Origin: a virus
Taxonomy: Duplodnaviria; Caudoviricetes
Reading direction: 5' to 3' (one strand)
IMG/VR virus record: IMGVR_UViG_3300025162_000064
Location: 1 to 53,080 of that record
Length of the DNA stretch: 53,080 nt
This document shows positions 1-9,659 of this stretch, one piece after another. The translations under genes were made by a program, and so were the position numbers. The notes beneath the pieces were generated by a model. The model was not told the origin of the DNA, did no database searches, and worked only from the letters and a program-made list of their open reading frames with translations. The first letter of the stretch is position 1; the number at the start of each line of letters is the position of its first letter.

Positions 1-127
1 CAACTGCGCGCTCTGGGTGCCGTTATAGTAGCCCCACTTGGCGTCTGGCCACACTTGGTCGATGAAGGCCTTATTGTCGGCTTCATTGATGACGAAGTAG
101 CCAGTCTGGAAGAACGAGTTCATCGCG
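1..127. repeat. 127-bp terminal direct repeat, identical to 52954-53080 (circular-contig assembly overlap)
   Basis: caactgcgcg...gttcatcgcg occurs at both ends. 127 bp matches a common assembler k-mer and the repeat lies inside a gene. Confidence 0.95.
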
Positions 128-2112
128 TTGCCATCGGCGTCGGTAGACGTCTCGTGCTGATAGATATATTTGCTTACGGGGTCAGCACCAATAGGCGGCC
201 CGAAGATGGATTCGTTAATCCAGGCAGACCGGCCAAGGGAGCCGTAATCCCATTGCCCTATGACTGTGTTATACTTGACGTAGGCAGCCACTTCGCCATT
301 GCTGGTGGTGGTCGGATAATACCACGCCACTTCATTGAAGCGGGAATTGACAGCCACCCTGATCTTGTTGACGTTTGACATGTCGATTTGCTGGAAGATC
401 ACGTCCCAGATGGGGCATGGGATGGGCTGAACGCCAGAACCGGACAGCGAAAAAAACTGGCTCTGCCCCATCCAATAGACGACGCCATTGAACGATCCGG
501 CAGCCTTTCGACCGATCATACCGCAACCGGCGGCAATCTCGTTGAAGCTATAGATATAGGGTTGTCCAATATACTGCATCGACCACACGGCAAGGTCCGT
601 CCACACCAAACCCTGCTGCGGACCTTGGATGCATCCAACGATCTTTGAACCTTTTGGGATACGGAAAGAGCCGGCTTGATTGGTGCTTTGGGCAATCCAT
701 GCGCCGTAGTTTTGAACGTCACACCAGCGGATCAAAAGGGGGTCAGCAATGCCGCTAAAGGTGGAACCCCAAGCAATGATCTGGCGTTGTGGCATAGCCA
801 CAAACATGCCGTCATTGACAGGCGGTGCCTGGGGGATAACCGTGGCAATCGGCTGCCCTGATGTCGGGTCGTATTGGAAGATAGGCCCAGAAGCCGGGTC
901 GATAGATTGGATGAGTGCCGCTGACGTTTGTGCGCCGGTTGCGGTGCTGGCAAAAGAGATGGTGCCAGGGCCAGAAGCGGTGACTGTGAAGGTTCCGTTA
1001 TAGGCATTTGGAGTCGCGCCGCTGATGGAGATAATATTTCCGACCGGGATGACGTAGGTGCTGGCAAAGGTTATGGTTGCCGTGGTGCCAGTTCCGCTCA
1101 TGGTGGCGCTGTTGAAGTCCACATCAAATTCAGGCGTCGGGCATGCGATCAGGATTTCGCCCCAGTTGTCCAGGGTCCAATCATTTGTGTAGACAGGCAC
1201 GCCCGTAGTCGGGACGATGCCGGCACCCGTGCCATATCCACCAGAGCCATATCCGTCAATACCGTAGCCAGTCCCAGCAGGGACAGTCCCAAAGCCAATA
1301 TAATAAACAAAGTTTGCGTTTCCGCTGTTCATAAATACAGAAGCGGATGACGTCGCAGTATTACTTGCCTGTATTGTGAATGTGTTGCTGCTTGGGACAG
1401 TCAATACATTATAGTCGCTGAACAATACTATCCCGCCGACACTTACGGGGATATTTATTGGAAAGCTACTCCCAACAGAATACCCATGATTGGCTAGGGT
1501 GACGGTCGTTAGACCAGTCCCGGATACTGTGGTAAATTGCGGCGTGGCACCGCCAGAAGTCACAGTAGATGTGGCAGTCAGGGGGTTGCCGAATAAGTCA
1601 ACGGCGTTGATGGTGTATGTCGTCCCGCTAACAACCGTCACGGGATAAAACCCGAACAGGACTAAGCCGCCGACACTGATCTGTGTCGAAATAAACACCG
1701 AATCGTAGCTTGTTGTGGTTATGCCGGCGTCAACGATGGTGACGACATTGCTGCCGGTCACGGTGGAGAAGTTGACAGCAGGGTTCGTCGTGATCGTGCG
1801 CGGCGTGATATCGATTAAGTTGCCGTTGGTGATGACGGCAAGCTGTGCCTGATAGGAGGACGCTGCGGCCTCATTGCCGACAGCCAAATGCTGATTAGAG
1901 TTGGTATCTTCCCATGCCCATAGGGCGCGGGTGATGGTCTGCATGGCGGTTGGAAAAAATTTTGTCCACCCTCCTAACTTTTGCGCAAGACCTAAGCCCG
2001 TTCTGTCTGGGACAAAACGAATCAAATTACAGGAAGAAATAGCCGCCTCGTTAAGGGCGGGTGTCTTGTTTACGTCAACGCCTGGGATGAGTTTAAGCGA
2101 GGCATGTGCCAC
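1..2112 (-). CDS. Tail tubular/nozzle ('stabilisation', P22 gp10-like) protein, 5' part; continues across the junction into 52753-52953 (about 770 aa in total)
   Basis: Absent from the ORF track. GTG at 2112 gives MAHASLKLIPGVDVNKTPALNEAAISSCNLIRFVPD...QKLGGW. The frame was open where spot-checked and is in frame with the C-terminus ...ISPRLRGRLVSINVGSNDVDSFWRIGNIRYRFQADGKY. It lies between an adaptor gene and the ejection genes. Confidence 0.75.
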   Translation of the reverse strand, partial: MAHASLKLIPGVDVNKTPALNEAAISSCNLIRFVPDRTGLGLAQKLGGWTKFFPTAMQTITRALWAWEDTNSNQHLAVGNEAAASSYQAQLAVITNGNLIDITPRTITTNPAVNFSTVTGSNVVTIVDAGITTTSYDSVFISTQISVGGLVLFGFYPVTVVSGTTYTINAVDLFGNPLTATSTVTSGGATPQFTTVSGTGLTTVTLANHGYSVGSSFPINIPVSVGGIVLFSDYNVLTVPSSNTFTIQASNTATSSASVFMNSGNANFVYYIGFGTVPAGTGYGIDGYGSGGYGTGAGIVPTTGVPVYTNDWTLDNWGEILIACPTPEFDVDFNSATMSGTGTTATITFASTYVIPVGNIISISGATPNAYNGTFTVTASGPGTISFASTATGAQTSAALIQSIDPASGPIFQYDPTSGQPIATVIPQAPPVNDGMFVAMPQRQIIAWGSTFSGIADPLLIRWCDVQNYGAWIAQSTNQAGSFRIPKGSKIVGCIQGPQQGLVWTDLAVWSMQYIGQPYIYSFNEIAAGCGMIGRKAAGSFNGVVYWMGQSQFFSLSGSGVQPIPCPIWDVIFQQIDMSNVNKIRVAVNSRFNEVAWYYPTTTSNGEVAAYVKYNTVIGQWDYGSLGRSAWINESIFGPPIGADPVSKYIYQHETSTDADGNAMNSFFQTGYFVINEADNKAFIDQVWPDAKWGYYNGTQSAQL

Positions 2113-2115
2113 GAT

Positions 2116-2898
2116 TTACCCCCTGGTCGGCGTTGCGACAGGCGAAATAGAATTAGATGACCAAGCAGCAGCTTCGAATTTCTTGCGGTATTCTTCGCCT
2201 TGGGCACCCTTCAGAAGGGTTTGGTATTGCGCCTCGTATGTCGGACCCATTTGAGGATCGTTCGAAGCTGGGCCAAAGTTGCGCTGGAACTGGCTGATAT
2301 AAATCATAGATGCCTGGAGCAGCATATCAGGCAGATACGTGCTGATAAACGTCGTTCCGGTGTTCGCCAGGGCCGTCGTAGCGTTGACAGCAAGGGTCTG
2401 CATGCGGACCAAGCCAGTCAGCGTCACCGGATATGATTGGTCCGGGTATGGGCCTACGATGTAAATCTGGGACGTGTTGCCATATGTGGCTGCGTCGCCG
2501 CCGTATGGCGCGAAGTATGCCGGCATCGCCGTGTATGCAGTATCCCCGTAGACATTTTGCAGAACTTGCTTGGAAACGGGCAGCAAGGGATAGGTCGCGC
2601 CGCCAGAAACAATAGAAATGGTCTGCAAGGTGACGAAATCGTTGATACTCAAGGTCAGCAAATTGCTGCCGGCAGTCAGTGTGTAGCTAGTGTTGCTCGA
2701 AATGGCTGGGAAAAGGTCTAAATCACGCTGAATGCGCAATTCGGCGTAATTCAGCATCTGCGGGATAATGGCGTTAAACGCAGCATCGACACCGACAACA
2801 ACACCGCTTGACGTCGTCGTGTTCACAATGGCCATCGTCGCCACCTGGGTGACGTAGCCGTTGTAGGTCAGAGGTGTCGTGGCCGGAGAAGTGGTCAT
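2116..2898 (-). CDS. Head-tail adaptor/connector protein
   Basis: 260 aa with AELRIQRDL, IVGPYPDQSYPVTL and ISTYLPDMLLQAS motifs typical of podovirus adaptor proteins; lies upstream of the nozzle gene. Confidence 0.65.
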   Translation of the reverse strand: MTTSPATTPLTYNGYVTQVATMAIVNTTTSSGVVVGVDAAFNAIIPQMLNYAELRIQRDLDLFPAISSNTSYTLTAGSNLLTLSINDFVTLQTISIVSGGATYPLLPVSKQVLQNVYGDTAYTAMPAYFAPYGGDAATYGNTSQIYIVGPYPDQSYPVTLTGLVRMQTLAVNATTALANTGTTFISTYLPDMLLQASMIYISQFQRNFGPASNDPQMGPTYEAQYQTLLKGAQGEEYRKKFEAAAWSSNSISPVATPTRG

Positions 2899-3128
2899 TT
2901 ATCGGCCTTGTTATCCAGTTTGTCGAAAATCTTTTCGAACATATTGCGGATTTCCCGCATTGTATCATTGAAGTCTGTTTTTGACACATAACTTGTTGGC
3001 AATGATACTTCGATTTTTCTAATATCTGTTTGTAAGTCTTTGACGGATTGATAGAGTTGACGTGCAAACCATCCAATGACAGCCAAGATGGCTCCCCCGA
3101 CTAGGTTAATGGTGGTTTGCACGTCCAT
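2895..3128 (-). CDS. Small membrane-anchored coiled-coil protein (holin/XhlA-like)
   Basis: N-terminal TM segment (INLVGGAILAVIGWF) followed by a coiled coil ending KLDNKADK; ATGA-type coupling to the next gene. Confidence 0.6.
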   Translation of the reverse strand: MDVQTTINLVGGAILAVIGWFARQLYQSVKDLQTDIRKIEVSLPTSYVSKTDFNDTMREIRNMFEKIFDKLDNKADK

Positions 3129-3137
3129 TTTGGCCTC

Positions 3138-3350
3138 TTAGGCGGCAGGGGTTTCGGATGCCGGTGCAGCAGGTGCATCGGCGGTGACGGTCGCTTGCGG
3201 CGCTTCCGGCGTCACGCCCATCTGCGCTTCCGCCATGCTCTTGATCTTGACGATCAGATTGGCGACTTCCTTGAACGGGCGTTCGGCAAGCGCCATCAGG
3301 ATGGAGTTCAGTTCTTCGACGGTGTGTTCGATGGTGACGAGGATTGACAT
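3138..3350 (-). CDS. Small tail-associated protein (possible fibre chaperone)
   Basis: GAGG RBS before the ATG at 3350; ELNSILMALAERPFKEVANLIVKIK pattern is common next to fibre genes. Confidence 0.55.
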   Translation of the reverse strand: MSILVTIEHTVEELNSILMALAERPFKEVANLIVKIKSMAEAQMGVTPEAPQATVTADAPAAPASETPAA

Positions 3351-3410
3351 TGTGACCTCTTTGGTTGGTGGTAGAAGCAAAGACGTTTTATCTTGGTTCG
3401 CGGTGGCGGT

Positions 3411-4406
3411 CTACCTGAACATGAAAAAGAAGTTGTTGGTGTTGGTGTAGACGAGGACGACGAAGCCGTTGCCACCAATCGAGTTTCCTGAAGCCGCGCC
3501 ACCCGCACCGGCACCGTAGGGTGCCTGCCCCGGCTGAGTCGTGTCGGAGCCGCCGTTGCCGCCACCAGCGCCAACAGACACACTTGTGGATGAGTCAGTG
3601 AAATCGGCTGGGTAGGTCCCAGAGCCGCCGACAGTGTTGGTGGTACGGAACCCGCCGCCGCCGCCGCCGCCGAGGGTAGTCGTGCCGTTTCCTGCCGGCG
3701 TGGATGATGTTGCACCAGCACCACCAAAACCGCTCGAATAACCTGAGTTTCCACCGGCGCCGCCAGCCGTTGACGTGCCGTTGCTTCCGTTGGAACCATT
3801 ATTGCCGCCCCCGGCCGTCGAGGTACCGCCGCCGCCGCCGCCGCCAGAACCGCCAGACCCAGATGCGTAACCAGCACCACCAGCACCCCCCGAGTTAGCA
3901 AAACCACCGGGAGTGATTATGGGGGCGCCGCCGCCACCGCCGCGATTGTTGTTTTGTGAGGTTTGCCCGGCACCGCCTGCAGATCCGGCGAGTGTTGCCG
4001 CACCGCCGCTGTTTGCTACTGTTCCCCCCGCCCCCGCCGTTGCCGCAGATGCCGCGCCTCCGCCAGCCGCCAGAACTCCGCTGGTTCCGGTAGACCCGGT
4101 TCCAGGGCTGGCGTTGGTGCCGATATTGGCCCAGGTGGCACCGCCTGCCGCACCGCTGGAGCCAGCGCCAATCGAGACGTATATCTTGGTCTGTCCCGGC
4201 GTGATCGGAGCGGTGACATACACGTTGCTTGTGAATGCAGCCGCACCCGATCCGCCACCGCCGGCCCCAGTCGAACCACCGACTGTGCCCCCTCCGCCAG
4301 CCCCCAGTGCGATCAACTGGAACGGCTTCGATGCGTTCATGTCCGCTGGCATAGTGTAGCCAGTGGAGGTGTTGCTGGTCGTATAAACGACTGTTTTGGT
4401 TGCCAT
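3411..4406 (-). CDS. Glycine-rich tail fibre/spike protein
   Basis: 331 aa with repeated GGGGG/GGAGG runs and a GNGFVVLVY terminal strand typical of phage Gly-rich domains. Confidence 0.7.
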   Translation of the reverse strand: MATKTVVYTTSNTSTGYTMPADMNASKPFQLIALGAGGGGTVGGSTGAGGGGSGAAAFTSNVYVTAPITPGQTKIYVSIGAGSSGAAGGATWANIGTNASPGTGSTGTSGVLAAGGGAASAATAGAGGTVANSGGAATLAGSAGGAGQTSQNNNRGGGGGAPIITPGGFANSGGAGGAGYASGSGGSGGGGGGGTSTAGGGNNGSNGSNGTSTAGGAGGNSGYSSGFGGAGATSSTPAGNGTTTLGGGGGGGFRTTNTVGGSGTYPADFTDSSTSVSVGAGGGNGGSDTTQPGQAPYGAGAGGAASGNSIGGNGFVVLVYTNTNNFFFMFR

Positions 4407-4588
4407 TACGCGCTCGGATCAGTGAACAAGCCGGTGGCGGGGTCGTAAATCCAGCCGGGCGCGCACGGTGGGCCATCGGTTACGTCAATGGCAAAAGTCC
4501 CCGGCTGGCCCCAATCGTCCAGAGAATTTGCAACAACGATGTTGTCCACGATGTTCGTGACGTTCTCCACGATGGCAACTCGCAGCAT
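4406..4588 (-). CDS. Small fibre-associated protein
   Basis: TAATG coupling at both ends; AIVEN..VDNIVVA...GWIYD..TG.F pattern is usually found beside Gly-rich fibres. Confidence 0.6.
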   Translation of the reverse strand: MLRVAIVENVTNIVDNIVVANSLDDWGQPGTFAIDVTDGPPCAPGWIYDPATGLFTDPSA

Positions 4589-7500
4589 TACAGCGTCCCC
4601 ACGGCCAGCACGTCCCAAAAGGAGTCGGCAGAATTATACACGCACCCGACATATGCAACACCCGTTGTGGCGTTGCTGGGAGTGGCGGTCGGCAAAGTCG
4701 CGCCGATCACGCGATACGCGCCGGATGTCGTCGTCCAAGTGATCGTCTGCGCGGTGACGGTGCCGTTATTCTTGATGCGCAGCATCAGTTTCTGGCCGTC
4801 AGTCGGCGTCCCAGAAGGTGCGGCGATGGTCAAGGTGCCGGTGGCGATGACCTCATACTGGTCGGAACTATCGCCGGTCGGTGTGACCGTGCCGGTCGTG
4901 GTGACGGTGCCAACCCGAGGCGTGACGCGCTTGTTCGTCAACGTGTCGGTCGTTGCCCGGCCCACAAGCGTGTCGGTGCTAGTCGGTAGCGTCAACGTGC
5001 CGGTGTTCACGATTGTGCCGATGACCGGCGACGACAGCGTTGGTCCAGTCCCAAGAACAACGGAACCCGATCCGGTGCTTGTTGTGACGCCAGTGCCACC
5101 AGAGCCGACAGCCAGGGTGCCGGCGAGTGTAATAGTGCCAGCGCCCGTGACTGGCCCGCCAGATGTCGTTAGGCCGGTTGTGCCACCGCTGACAGCCACG
5201 CTGGTGACGGTGCCTGTCGCGCCGTTGGCCACGTTGAGGGTGCCGGTGGTAATGGACAGGCCGGTGCCGAGGGAGATGGCTCCAGTGGTGCCGCCAAGGG
5301 ATGCCACGGTGTTCCCGGTCGTGGCCAGCGTGCCACTGGTCGGGAGCGTGAGCGTGGTGGCACCGGTCGCGGTGAATGTCGTGCTGAATGCGCCAGACGT
5401 TGCCAGGGTGCTGCTATTGGCAATCGTCAGCACGCCGGTTGTGCTGGTGATACCAAGACCGTTCAAGCTAGTCGCCAAGGCAGCCCCAAGGGTCGGCGTG
5501 ACCAGCACCGGGCTGGTCCCGAGGACGTTGGCGCCCGACCCTGTGCTTGTCGTGACGCCCGTTCCGCCCGAGGCGACAGCAAGCGTGCCGGCAAAGGTGA
5601 TCGTCCCAGCACCCGTAACCGGTCCACCGGTGGTCGTCAGGCCGGTCGTGCCGCCACTGACAGCCACGCTCGTCACTGTTCCAGTCGCACCGTTCGCCAC
5701 GTTAAGGGTGCCAGTGGTGATAGACAGGCCCGTTCCGAGGGTAATGGTTCCGGTCGTGCCGCCAAGCGATGCAACGGTGTTTGCGGTGGTCGCCAGGGTG
5801 CCGGTGGTGGGTAGCGTTAGGGTCGTAGCACCCGTTGCCGTGAACGTGGTGCTGAACGCGCCTGACGTCGCCAGGGTGCTGCCGCTTGCAAGCGTCAGAA
5901 CGCCCGTCGTGCTGCTGATCGTCAGACCGTTGACGCTGGTAGCCGTGGCAGCGCCAAGCGTTGGCGTGACCAGCACCGGGCTGGTCGCCAGGACAATAGA
6001 ACCAGAACCGGTTGTGGCGTTTCCCAGCGCCGTCAGGGTGCCAGTGGTCGGCATAGTTACCGATGTCGTCCCGGTCGTGGTCACGGTCAGCGGGAATGCG
6101 CCTACGGTCGTGACGTTGCCGGCGATGGTGATAGTGTTCGTGCCATTGTTGACGCCAGTCCCGCCAGAAGCACCGCCAAGCGTTCCGGCGAGGGTGACCG
6201 CACCAGTCGTGGCGGTGGACGGCGTTAGGCCCGTCAGTGACGTCTGGAAGGTCGCCACGCCTGACGTGCCACTTGCACTAATCGTCCCCGCACTCAGCGA
6301 CAAACCAGAACCAACGACAAGGCCGGAAACAGTTGACCCGGTAGACGCATAGTAAGCAAGCTGACCGGCAGTCCCGGCGCTGACCGTCCCAGAGCCGCCG
6401 CCACCTGAAGCGTTCAGAGTCCCGGACGTGATCGACAAATTGGTGCCAAGGGCGAGGCTACCCAAGGTCGTGGTGCCAGAGGCGTAAACCAGATTCCCGG
6501 CGGTGAATGCCGACAGGCCGGTGCCACCCGCTCCCACAGCAAGCGTGCCGCCGAGCGTGATGGTCCCGGCAGTGGTGATCGGACCACCCGTGGCAGTTAA
6601 GCCAGTCGTCCCGCTGCTGACATTGACGCTGGTGACGGTCCCAGACCCGCCAGAAGCTGCAATGGTGATCGTCCCGGCGGCGTTGGTGATGGATATGTTG
6701 CTGCCGGCAGTCAGGGTGTTGAGCGCATAGCCGGAGCCATTACCAATCAGAAGCTGACCGTTGGAGGGTGCAGCCGTAAGGCCCGTGCCGCCATATCCAG
6801 GGCTGACAGTGGCTGCATTCCACGTCCCGGCAGTCAGTGTGCCGACGCCAGTAATGCCCGTGTATGAGCCTGTGAGACGCCCTGAAGGCAATGTGCCTGT
6901 CGTGATATTGGTGGCGTTTGTCGCGTCAATGGTGGCCGACGCCACCAAGCCAGATACGGCAGACGAAGCAATGGCGATGGCAGTGTTAGAAGCCGCCGTC
7001 AGTTGCCCCTGCGCGTTAACAGTGAACGTCGGGACAGATGACGCCGAACCATACGAAGAAGCCGTGACGGTGGTGTTTGCCAGGGCAATCGTGCCGGCAG
7101 ACGTGATCGTCCCGCCAGACAGGCCGGTTCCTGCTGTGATGCTGGTGACGGTGCCAGACGCGGTCGCCTGCGCCTTCACAAAGGCCGTGGTGGCAATTTG
7201 CGTCGAGTTGTCGGACGTGGCCGGCGTCGGCGCTCTTGGCGTGCCAGTGAACGTAGGAGACGCCAGAGGTGCAGCGCCAAGCATCGTCATAACGCTAGCA
7301 ACAGACAGGTCAGTCGGCGCTGCTGTCGAACCGGTGTTGTTGCCCTTCAGCGTCAGCGTCGGCATGGTGCCGAGGTAGTTGTTGGTGACGCCATTGCTGC
7401 TCAGGCCAATACTGCCCGTGCTTATGATCGGGTTGCTGCCACTGGCATAGAGCGGGCTATTGATGGTGAGCGAAGTAATGGCGTTGACGTTGACCGTGGC

Positions 7501-7620
7501 GAGATTGGCAATGGCCTGCGTCGTCGTGCGGACAGACGTATTCGACTGGACAACCTCAACCTGCTCACTGCCAGTCAGTGCAATGGCTGACGGGAGGTTT
7601 GGAATGGTGATGTTAGCCAT
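4588..7620 (-). CDS. Long Thr/Gly-rich tail fibre protein
   Basis: 1010 aa with the APLASPTFTGTPRAPT...QIATTAFV fibre motif and repeated GTVTSV/GTLAVxxGGTG units. Confidence 0.8.
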   Translation of the reverse strand: MANITIPNLPSAIALTGSEQVEVVQSNTSVRTTTQAIANLATVNVNAITSLTINSPLYASGSNPIISTGSIGLSSNGVTNNYLGTMPTLTLKGNNTGSTAAPTDLSVASVMTMLGAAPLASPTFTGTPRAPTPATSDNSTQIATTAFVKAQATASGTVTSITAGTGLSGGTITSAGTIALANTTVTASSYGSASSVPTFTVNAQGQLTAASNTAIAIASSAVSGLVASATIDATNATNITTGTLPSGRLTGSYTGITGVGTLTAGTWNAATVSPGYGGTGLTAAPSNGQLLIGNGSGYALNTLTAGSNISITNAAGTITIAASGGSGTVTSVNVSSGTTGLTATGGPITTAGTITLGGTLAVGAGGTGLSAFTAGNLVYASGTTTLGSLALGTNLSITSGTLNASGGGGSGTVSAGTAGQLAYYASTGSTVSGLVVGSGLSLSAGTISASGTSGVATFQTSLTGLTPSTATTGAVTLAGTLGGASGGTGVNNGTNTITIAGNVTTVGAFPLTVTTTGTTSVTMPTTGTLTALGNATTGSGSIVLATSPVLVTPTLGAATATSVNGLTISSTTGVLTLASGSTLATSGAFSTTFTATGATTLTLPTTGTLATTANTVASLGGTTGTITLGTGLSITTGTLNVANGATGTVTSVAVSGGTTGLTTTGGPVTGAGTITFAGTLAVASGGTGVTTSTGSGANVLGTSPVLVTPTLGAALATSLNGLGITSTTGVLTIANSSTLATSGAFSTTFTATGATTLTLPTSGTLATTGNTVASLGGTTGAISLGTGLSITTGTLNVANGATGTVTSVAVSGGTTGLTTSGGPVTGAGTITLAGTLAVGSGGTGVTTSTGSGSVVLGTGPTLSSPVIGTIVNTGTLTLPTSTDTLVGRATTDTLTNKRVTPRVGTVTTTGTVTPTGDSSDQYEVIATGTLTIAAPSGTPTDGQKLMLRIKNNGTVTAQTITWTTTSGAYRVIGATLPTATPSNATTGVAYVGCVYNSADSFWDVLAVGTL
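5050..5990 (-). repeat. Internal tandem duplication in the tail fibre (period 468 bp, 156 aa)
   Basis: accagcaccgggctggtc at 5501 and 5969; the block TSPVLVTPTLGAA...GGTGVTTSTGSG occurs twice. Confidence 0.85.
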
Positions 7621-7621
7621 T

Positions 7622-8347
7622 TTACGGTCCCGTTTGAGGTATCTGGGCGTAGTTATACGGCAATCCGACCAAGGCGGTAATAATATTCGTCGTATTGGTC
7701 AGAAGCGACCCAGATGGAATAGCAGAATAGGTCGAGTAAGTGAAGGCTGTAGCTGAAGTCACGGTTACTGAATAGAATCCATCGGCATTATTGATCGAAA
7801 GACCTTCGATGGATACTTGGCTATTGTTTGACAGGCCATGCGCTGAACTGCATGTGACGGAAACCGTGGTCGTGCCATTCGAAATAACCGAAAGGGCAGG
7901 TATCTTGGCTCCATACGTCACCGTGCCGACAAGGGGCATCACCGCGCCCTGCTCAAGACCATTCGGGTTGCCGATCACCTGCGTTGTCGCGTTGTTACCG
8001 TCCTGGGTGACGATGTTTACCGCAGGTGGGATAGGTATGCCGGTGATAGGGTCATACACAGTCGGCGCGGATGCCGTCCTGTAATCAGTTTCATCCACCG
8101 AATAAGGCTCAACACGCGCGTTGATGATGGGCGTAGGGTCTGCCGGCACAATGATGGCGCGTAATTGCTCTTGCGGAGTATCATAGCAGCGGTTGCAAAC
8201 CAGAAAACGCAGGTTTTGCAGCGTGGAACCGCGCCAATCAAACTGCCACTTGAGGTTTACGTGGTTGTAGAGGAAGCCACACCGGTCACAGATGGCAAAG
8301 GCGCGGGGGTTGCGGGCGCTTACCCTCGCCCTGCCATGTGGCCTCAT
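7622..8347 (-). CDS. Conserved phage protein: N-terminal CxxC/CxxC zinc ribbon plus C-terminal FCCH-like beta-barrel
   Basis: AICDRCGF...LVCNRCYD.PQ; C-terminal VTCSSAHGLSNNSQVSIEG...GFYSVTVTSATAFTY. Confidence 0.6.
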   Translation of the reverse strand: MRPHGRARVSARNPRAFAICDRCGFLYNHVNLKWQFDWRGSTLQNLRFLVCNRCYDTPQEQLRAIIVPADPTPIINARVEPYSVDETDYRTASAPTVYDPITGIPIPPAVNIVTQDGNNATTQVIGNPNGLEQGAVMPLVGTVTYGAKIPALSVISNGTTTVSVTCSSAHGLSNNSQVSIEGLSINNADGFYSVTVTSATAFTYSTYSAIPSGSLLTNTTNIITALVGLPYNYAQIPQTGP

Positions 8348-8964
8348 CTGTAATAACTTTCTACTAAAGAATTTCTTTTAGAGCAATTTTCAAATGCCGT
8401 AATCACTTGCAGGTTCCAAGGGACGTGCAATCCAGCAACGCCTTCCCCTCGAAGTGGGATAATATGGTCAACGTGATGTTTAATGCCAGTTTGAATATTC
8501 AAAGCCACAGCAATCTCATAATGTTCTTCTATTTGTGCCTTTTGAATTGCAGTTAACCAATTTGGCATAGCGCGCATTTTTTGCGTTTGTCTTGCGCACA
8601 CTTTAGCCACACCCCTAGCTGGGTTTTTTTGATACCAAATCCTTTTGCGTGTGGTTTCCCAAAGGCGATGTATAGGACATTGACGCCTATTCTTTGAGCG
8701 CACTTTAGATTCTTGGATTATTTTATCTTTGTTAGCATAATAGTATTCTTTTGATTTTTGTTTTTTGCCCGTAGAATGGTTTGCATAGCGCGCGTTTTCT
8801 CTGTTTCTATGTTTTTTAGCGCCTTCGACAGTGGAGCGATTTTTACGAACGCTCTCGCAGTTGCATTTTTTACACCAATAACTAATGCCGTCTTTACGTT
8901 GTCTCGCAACGCCAAAAGCGGATAAATCTAAATTTTTATCGCATTTTGAGCAGTGCCTTAACAT
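8344..8964 (-). CDS. Free-standing HNH homing endonuclease
   Basis: N-terminal CxxC...CxxC zinc finger and C-terminal HHVDHIIPLRG..VAGLHVPWNLQVITAFENCSK; AT-rich and inserted in a structural operon. Confidence 0.85.
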   Translation of the reverse strand: MLRHCSKCDKNLDLSAFGVARQRKDGISYWCKKCNCESVRKNRSTVEGAKKHRNRENARYANHSTGKKQKSKEYYYANKDKIIQESKVRSKNRRQCPIHRLWETTRKRIWYQKNPARGVAKVCARQTQKMRAMPNWLTAIQKAQIEEHYEIAVALNIQTGIKHHVDHIIPLRGEGVAGLHVPWNLQVITAFENCSKRNSLVESYYR

Positions 8965-9650
8965 TATCTATAATATCCCTGTATCTGCGGACTGATGTAT
9001 GTCGCTGCGTTTTCCACGTTCTGTTCGGCAGCGATATTATACGCTTCGTCAGCAATCGGCTTCAGCATCGGGACTTTGTCGGGCGACCAGATCAAGGCAA
9101 GGCGGAATGCCAAGGCATAGGCAAACGCTTCCATCCACAAGTAAGGCACATCCACCGTTTGACCAGACGTGAAGTTGGCGTCTTGGATTTGGCGCAACCG
9201 GTAGTAGCTGAACGACACCTCATTGCCATCTGGGACAGGCCACAGCGTCACGGTGGGTGCCAGTAGGCGGTCGAACCAAAAAGTTGTAGGCCAACCTTGC
9301 TGGGTCTTATTTGGGTAGCTGGCGTATTCAGTGCGGCTTACCGGCATGATGATGCGGTCAATAGCCGTAGTTCCTGATCCGGTCGTTACATAACCATCCA
9401 GGATCATCACCGTGCTTGGGTCAACGGCATACGTTGAAACCCCCTGCACCAGCGGCGTTGTGACAAGATCAACCTGCCACAAGTTCACGCCGCGATTAGA
9501 GAACGACGCAGCCACCATGTTGGCCGCCATGCGAGCCGATTCCATGTGTTCCTGCAACAGCGACGTGTTGCGAAGTCCACACAGATTGAAGGCGTAGAGC
9601 GTGATTTCGCCCAGCGACGGATTGAAATTATATGTGCCGCTGGTGGTCAT
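8964..9650 (-). CDS. Head-tail connector / tail tubular protein A-like
   Basis: MTTSGTYNFNP, NRGVNLW, SRTEYASYPNK..QG.P..FWFDR and LWPVPD motifs seen in podovirus adaptor proteins. Confidence 0.7.
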   Translation of the reverse strand: MTTSGTYNFNPSLGEITLYAFNLCGLRNTSLLQEHMESARMAANMVAASFSNRGVNLWQVDLVTTPLVQGVSTYAVDPSTVMILDGYVTTGSGTTAIDRIIMPVSRTEYASYPNKTQQGWPTTFWFDRLLAPTVTLWPVPDGNEVSFSYYRLRQIQDANFTSGQTVDVPYLWMEAFAYALAFRLALIWSPDKVPMLKPIADEAYNIAAEQNVENAATYISPQIQGYYR

Positions 9651-9659
9651 AGTTGATCC

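Noticed and set aside
3411-4406. GG runs in the Gly-rich fibre as instances of the GG tag
   Set aside because: These are compositional poly-Gly stretches without the basic or aromatic residue upstream, typical of Gly-rich fibre domains.
4400-6352. 650-aa plus-strand ORF (also 6761-7378 and similar)
   Set aside because: Antisense shadow of the Thr/Gly-rich fibre; the Val/Pro-rich translation reflects codon bias on the opposite strand.
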